Below, one piece after another: positions 62,469 to 64,000 of a stretch of 64,000 nt of DNA; the stretch's first letter is position 1; each line of letters starts with the position of its first letter. A model generated the notes under the pieces. It ran no database searches. It worked only from the letters and a program-made list of their open reading frames with translations, and was not told where the DNA came from. The stretch spans positions 133,659 through 197,658 of the forward strand of contig JAFQQJ010000040.1 of NCBI GenBank assembly GCA_017411325.1, read 5' to 3'. The translations under genes were made by a program, and so were the position numbers. The DNA comes from Clostridia bacterium. GTDB taxonomy: Bacteria; Bacillota; Clostridia; CAKSNL01; HGM11501.

Positions 62469-63314
62469 TCATTCTCCTTCTTTTATTATCTTTTTTATCA
62501 GGTATGGTGCTATGGCGGTTACGGCAAAGCCGAATGTTCCATAGTCCAGAAGTCTTACATACCACGTTTCAAGGGGAATAAGGGAAAACAAAAGCTTTAT
62601 CGCTCCGATTGTTATAATCCCCGTTACTCCTGCGATTATTTTATGTTTTATTTTTTCGGGGACACGGTAAGAAATGTATTTTTCGTCTATCATATATCCC
62701 GTAACCGCCCCGAAGGAAAGCCCCGTCATTGTAACAAGGTCCTTGTAAAAACCCGAGGCAATCATTCCCGCAGCACTTACAATCGTAATTATGTGAAGCA
62801 GCACGGGCTTTTTATTTTTATCGGCATAATCCGTAAGTGCCGCAATTGCCGGGGTTATGATAAGCCCGAGTAAAACGCCAACTGTAACATCCAGAGGCGT
62901 GTGCATTCCAAGATACATTCTGCTTGATGTTACAGCAAGTATCAGTAAAATTCCAAGGATTATACCTAATACTTTTTTCTTCACCGCACTTACAGTGAAA
63001 TAAGCAAATGTTCCCGCCTGCTGTGAGTGACCCGAAGGGAAGGAAAATCCGTCGGTGTCGTCCATTCTTTTTATCCCGTCATTCACATTGAAGGGGCGTG
63101 GAACGCGGAACAAAAGCTTAAGTGCCGTATTAACCGTAACCGCCGAAATAATTGAAAGCGCCAGCGCTATTCCCTTTTTCTTATTTATGCACCAGTAAAT
63201 TATAACTGCAATTACGGAAAGGGGAATCGGTGCAATTATGTCTGACACAAGGCTGAAAAATCCCGTAAGAAAGGGATTTTCAAAGCCCTGCAGCCATATT
63301 AAAAAATCATACAT
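62469..63314 (-). CDS. PAP2-family phosphatase (membrane)
   Basis: The PAP2 motifs are KLLFRVPRP, PSGHS and SRMYLGMHTPLD. There are extra C-terminal TM helices. Confidence 0.8.
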   Translation of the reverse strand: MYDFLIWLQGFENPFLTGFFSLVSDIIAPIPLSVIAVIIYWCINKKKGIALALSIISAVTVNTALKLLFRVPRPFNVNDGIKRMDDTDGFSFPSGHSQQAGTFAYFTVSAVKKKVLGIILGILLILAVTSSRMYLGMHTPLDVTVGVLLGLIITPAIAALTDYADKNKKPVLLHIITIVSAAGMIASGFYKDLVTMTGLSFGAVTGYMIDEKYISYRVPEKIKHKIIAGVTGIITIGAIKLLFSLIPLETWYVRLLDYGTFGFAVTAIAPYLIKKIIKEGE

Positions 63315-63325
63315 TTCATTATTCC

Positions 63326-64000
63326 CTATCTTCTTTTATAAAGCATAAGCCACTTTGAAAACTTTTCTCTGTCAATTCCCATAAGCTGTTCCTTTGTCAC
63401 ACGGTATTCCCAGTTCCCAAAGGCTTTACCCGGCGTGTTAAGCCTTGTATCAGCACCGTAGCAAAGCAAATCCTGTACGGGGAATATCACAAGGTCGGAA
63501 TGGCTCTGAAGCATAGTACGGAGTACTTCGTCATAGCCCTTGTCCCAGTCGGGCTCAAGATAGCCCACATAATCAAAAAGTCTTCTGCGGTTTTCGTCCG
63601 AAAGCTCCCACACATAGCCAAGGAGTGTGTTATTGTCGTGAGTTCCCGTATATGCCACCGTATTTTTCTCATAGTTATGCGGAAGATGTATGTTATCGTC
63701 ATCCCCCAAAAAGCCGAACTGCAGAACTCTCATTCCGGGAAAAGTGCTGTATTTAACAAGCTCATAAACATCCTCTGTGATGTCGCCTAAATCCTCGGCT
63801 ATGATAAGCTTACCATCGCAAACTTCCTTCACCGCATTGATAAAGGCTTTGCCGGGCCCCTTTACCCATTTGCCGTTTCTTGCGGTTTCTTCGCCGTAAG
63901 GAATGCTGTAGTAGGATGAAAGCCCTCTGAAATGGTCAATTCTCACCCCGTCGAAAAGCTCCGTCATATAGGAAAGCCGGTCTCTCCACCAAGAGAAGTT
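63326..64000 (-). CDS. malQ: 4-alpha-glucanotransferase (amylomaltase, GH77), C-terminal part; the gene continues beyond the right edge
   Basis: The reading frame stays open upstream of the tracked Met (NFSWWRDRLSYMTELFDGVRIDHFRG). The blocks RIDHFRG and YTGTHDNNT are typical of MalQ. Confidence 0.85.
   Translation of the reverse strand, partial: NFSWWRDRLSYMTELFDGVRIDHFRGLSSYYSIPYGEETARNGKWVKGPGKAFINAVKEVCDGKLIIAEDLGDITEDVYELVKYSTFPGMRVLQFGFLGDDDNIHLPHNYEKNTVAYTGTHDNNTLLGYVWELSDENRRRLFDYVGYLEPDWDKGYDEVLRTMLQSHSDLVIFPVQDLLCYGADTRLNTPGKAFGNWEYRVTKEQLMGIDREKFSKWLMLYKRR

Overview
This is a chromosomal segment from a low-GC Gram-positive anaerobe. It looks Clostridia-like: it carries an rnfCDGEAB operon, cohesin/dockerin surface proteins, copper-amine-oxidase-type stalk domains and many glycoside hydrolases. 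I support about 54 protein genes, most on the minus strand and tightly packed. Housekeeping genes include an araC-like regulator followed by polA, coaE, an SLT lytic transglycosylase and a trmH-like methyltransferase in one block, plus prmC, topB, a GyrB/ParE-type subunit, dsdA, rhaA and malQ. Carbohydrate genes include GH32, GH28, GH127, GH3, two Gfo/Idh/MocA oxidoreductases and a sugar-phosphate isomerase. There is an amino-acid ABC importer and an unusual 11.7-kb ABC locus at 20.1-31.8 kb. RNA features are one tRNA-Leu(UAA) and one lysine riboswitch in front of an NhaC-family transporter. No transposase, integrase, CRISPR array, rRNA or obvious phage or defence enzyme is visible. The unusual part is 14.3-20.0 kb. 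It holds a 3.3-kb AT-rich islet of four small orphan genes bracketed by 55-bp direct repeats. It also holds about 1.6 kb of non-coding DNA built in one peculiar style: short A/T-rich words repeated 3-4 times, alternating with sequence-variable mini-hairpins, with the word blocks then reappearing as their reverse complement. This style occurs at two loci, beside dsdA and butted against tRNA-Leu. The two loci share an anchor motif with each other and with the 55-bp repeats. I do not recognise this as a described RNA or repeat class, and it is my main candidate for something new. Gene functions are called from motifs read in the supplied translations. No database search was run.
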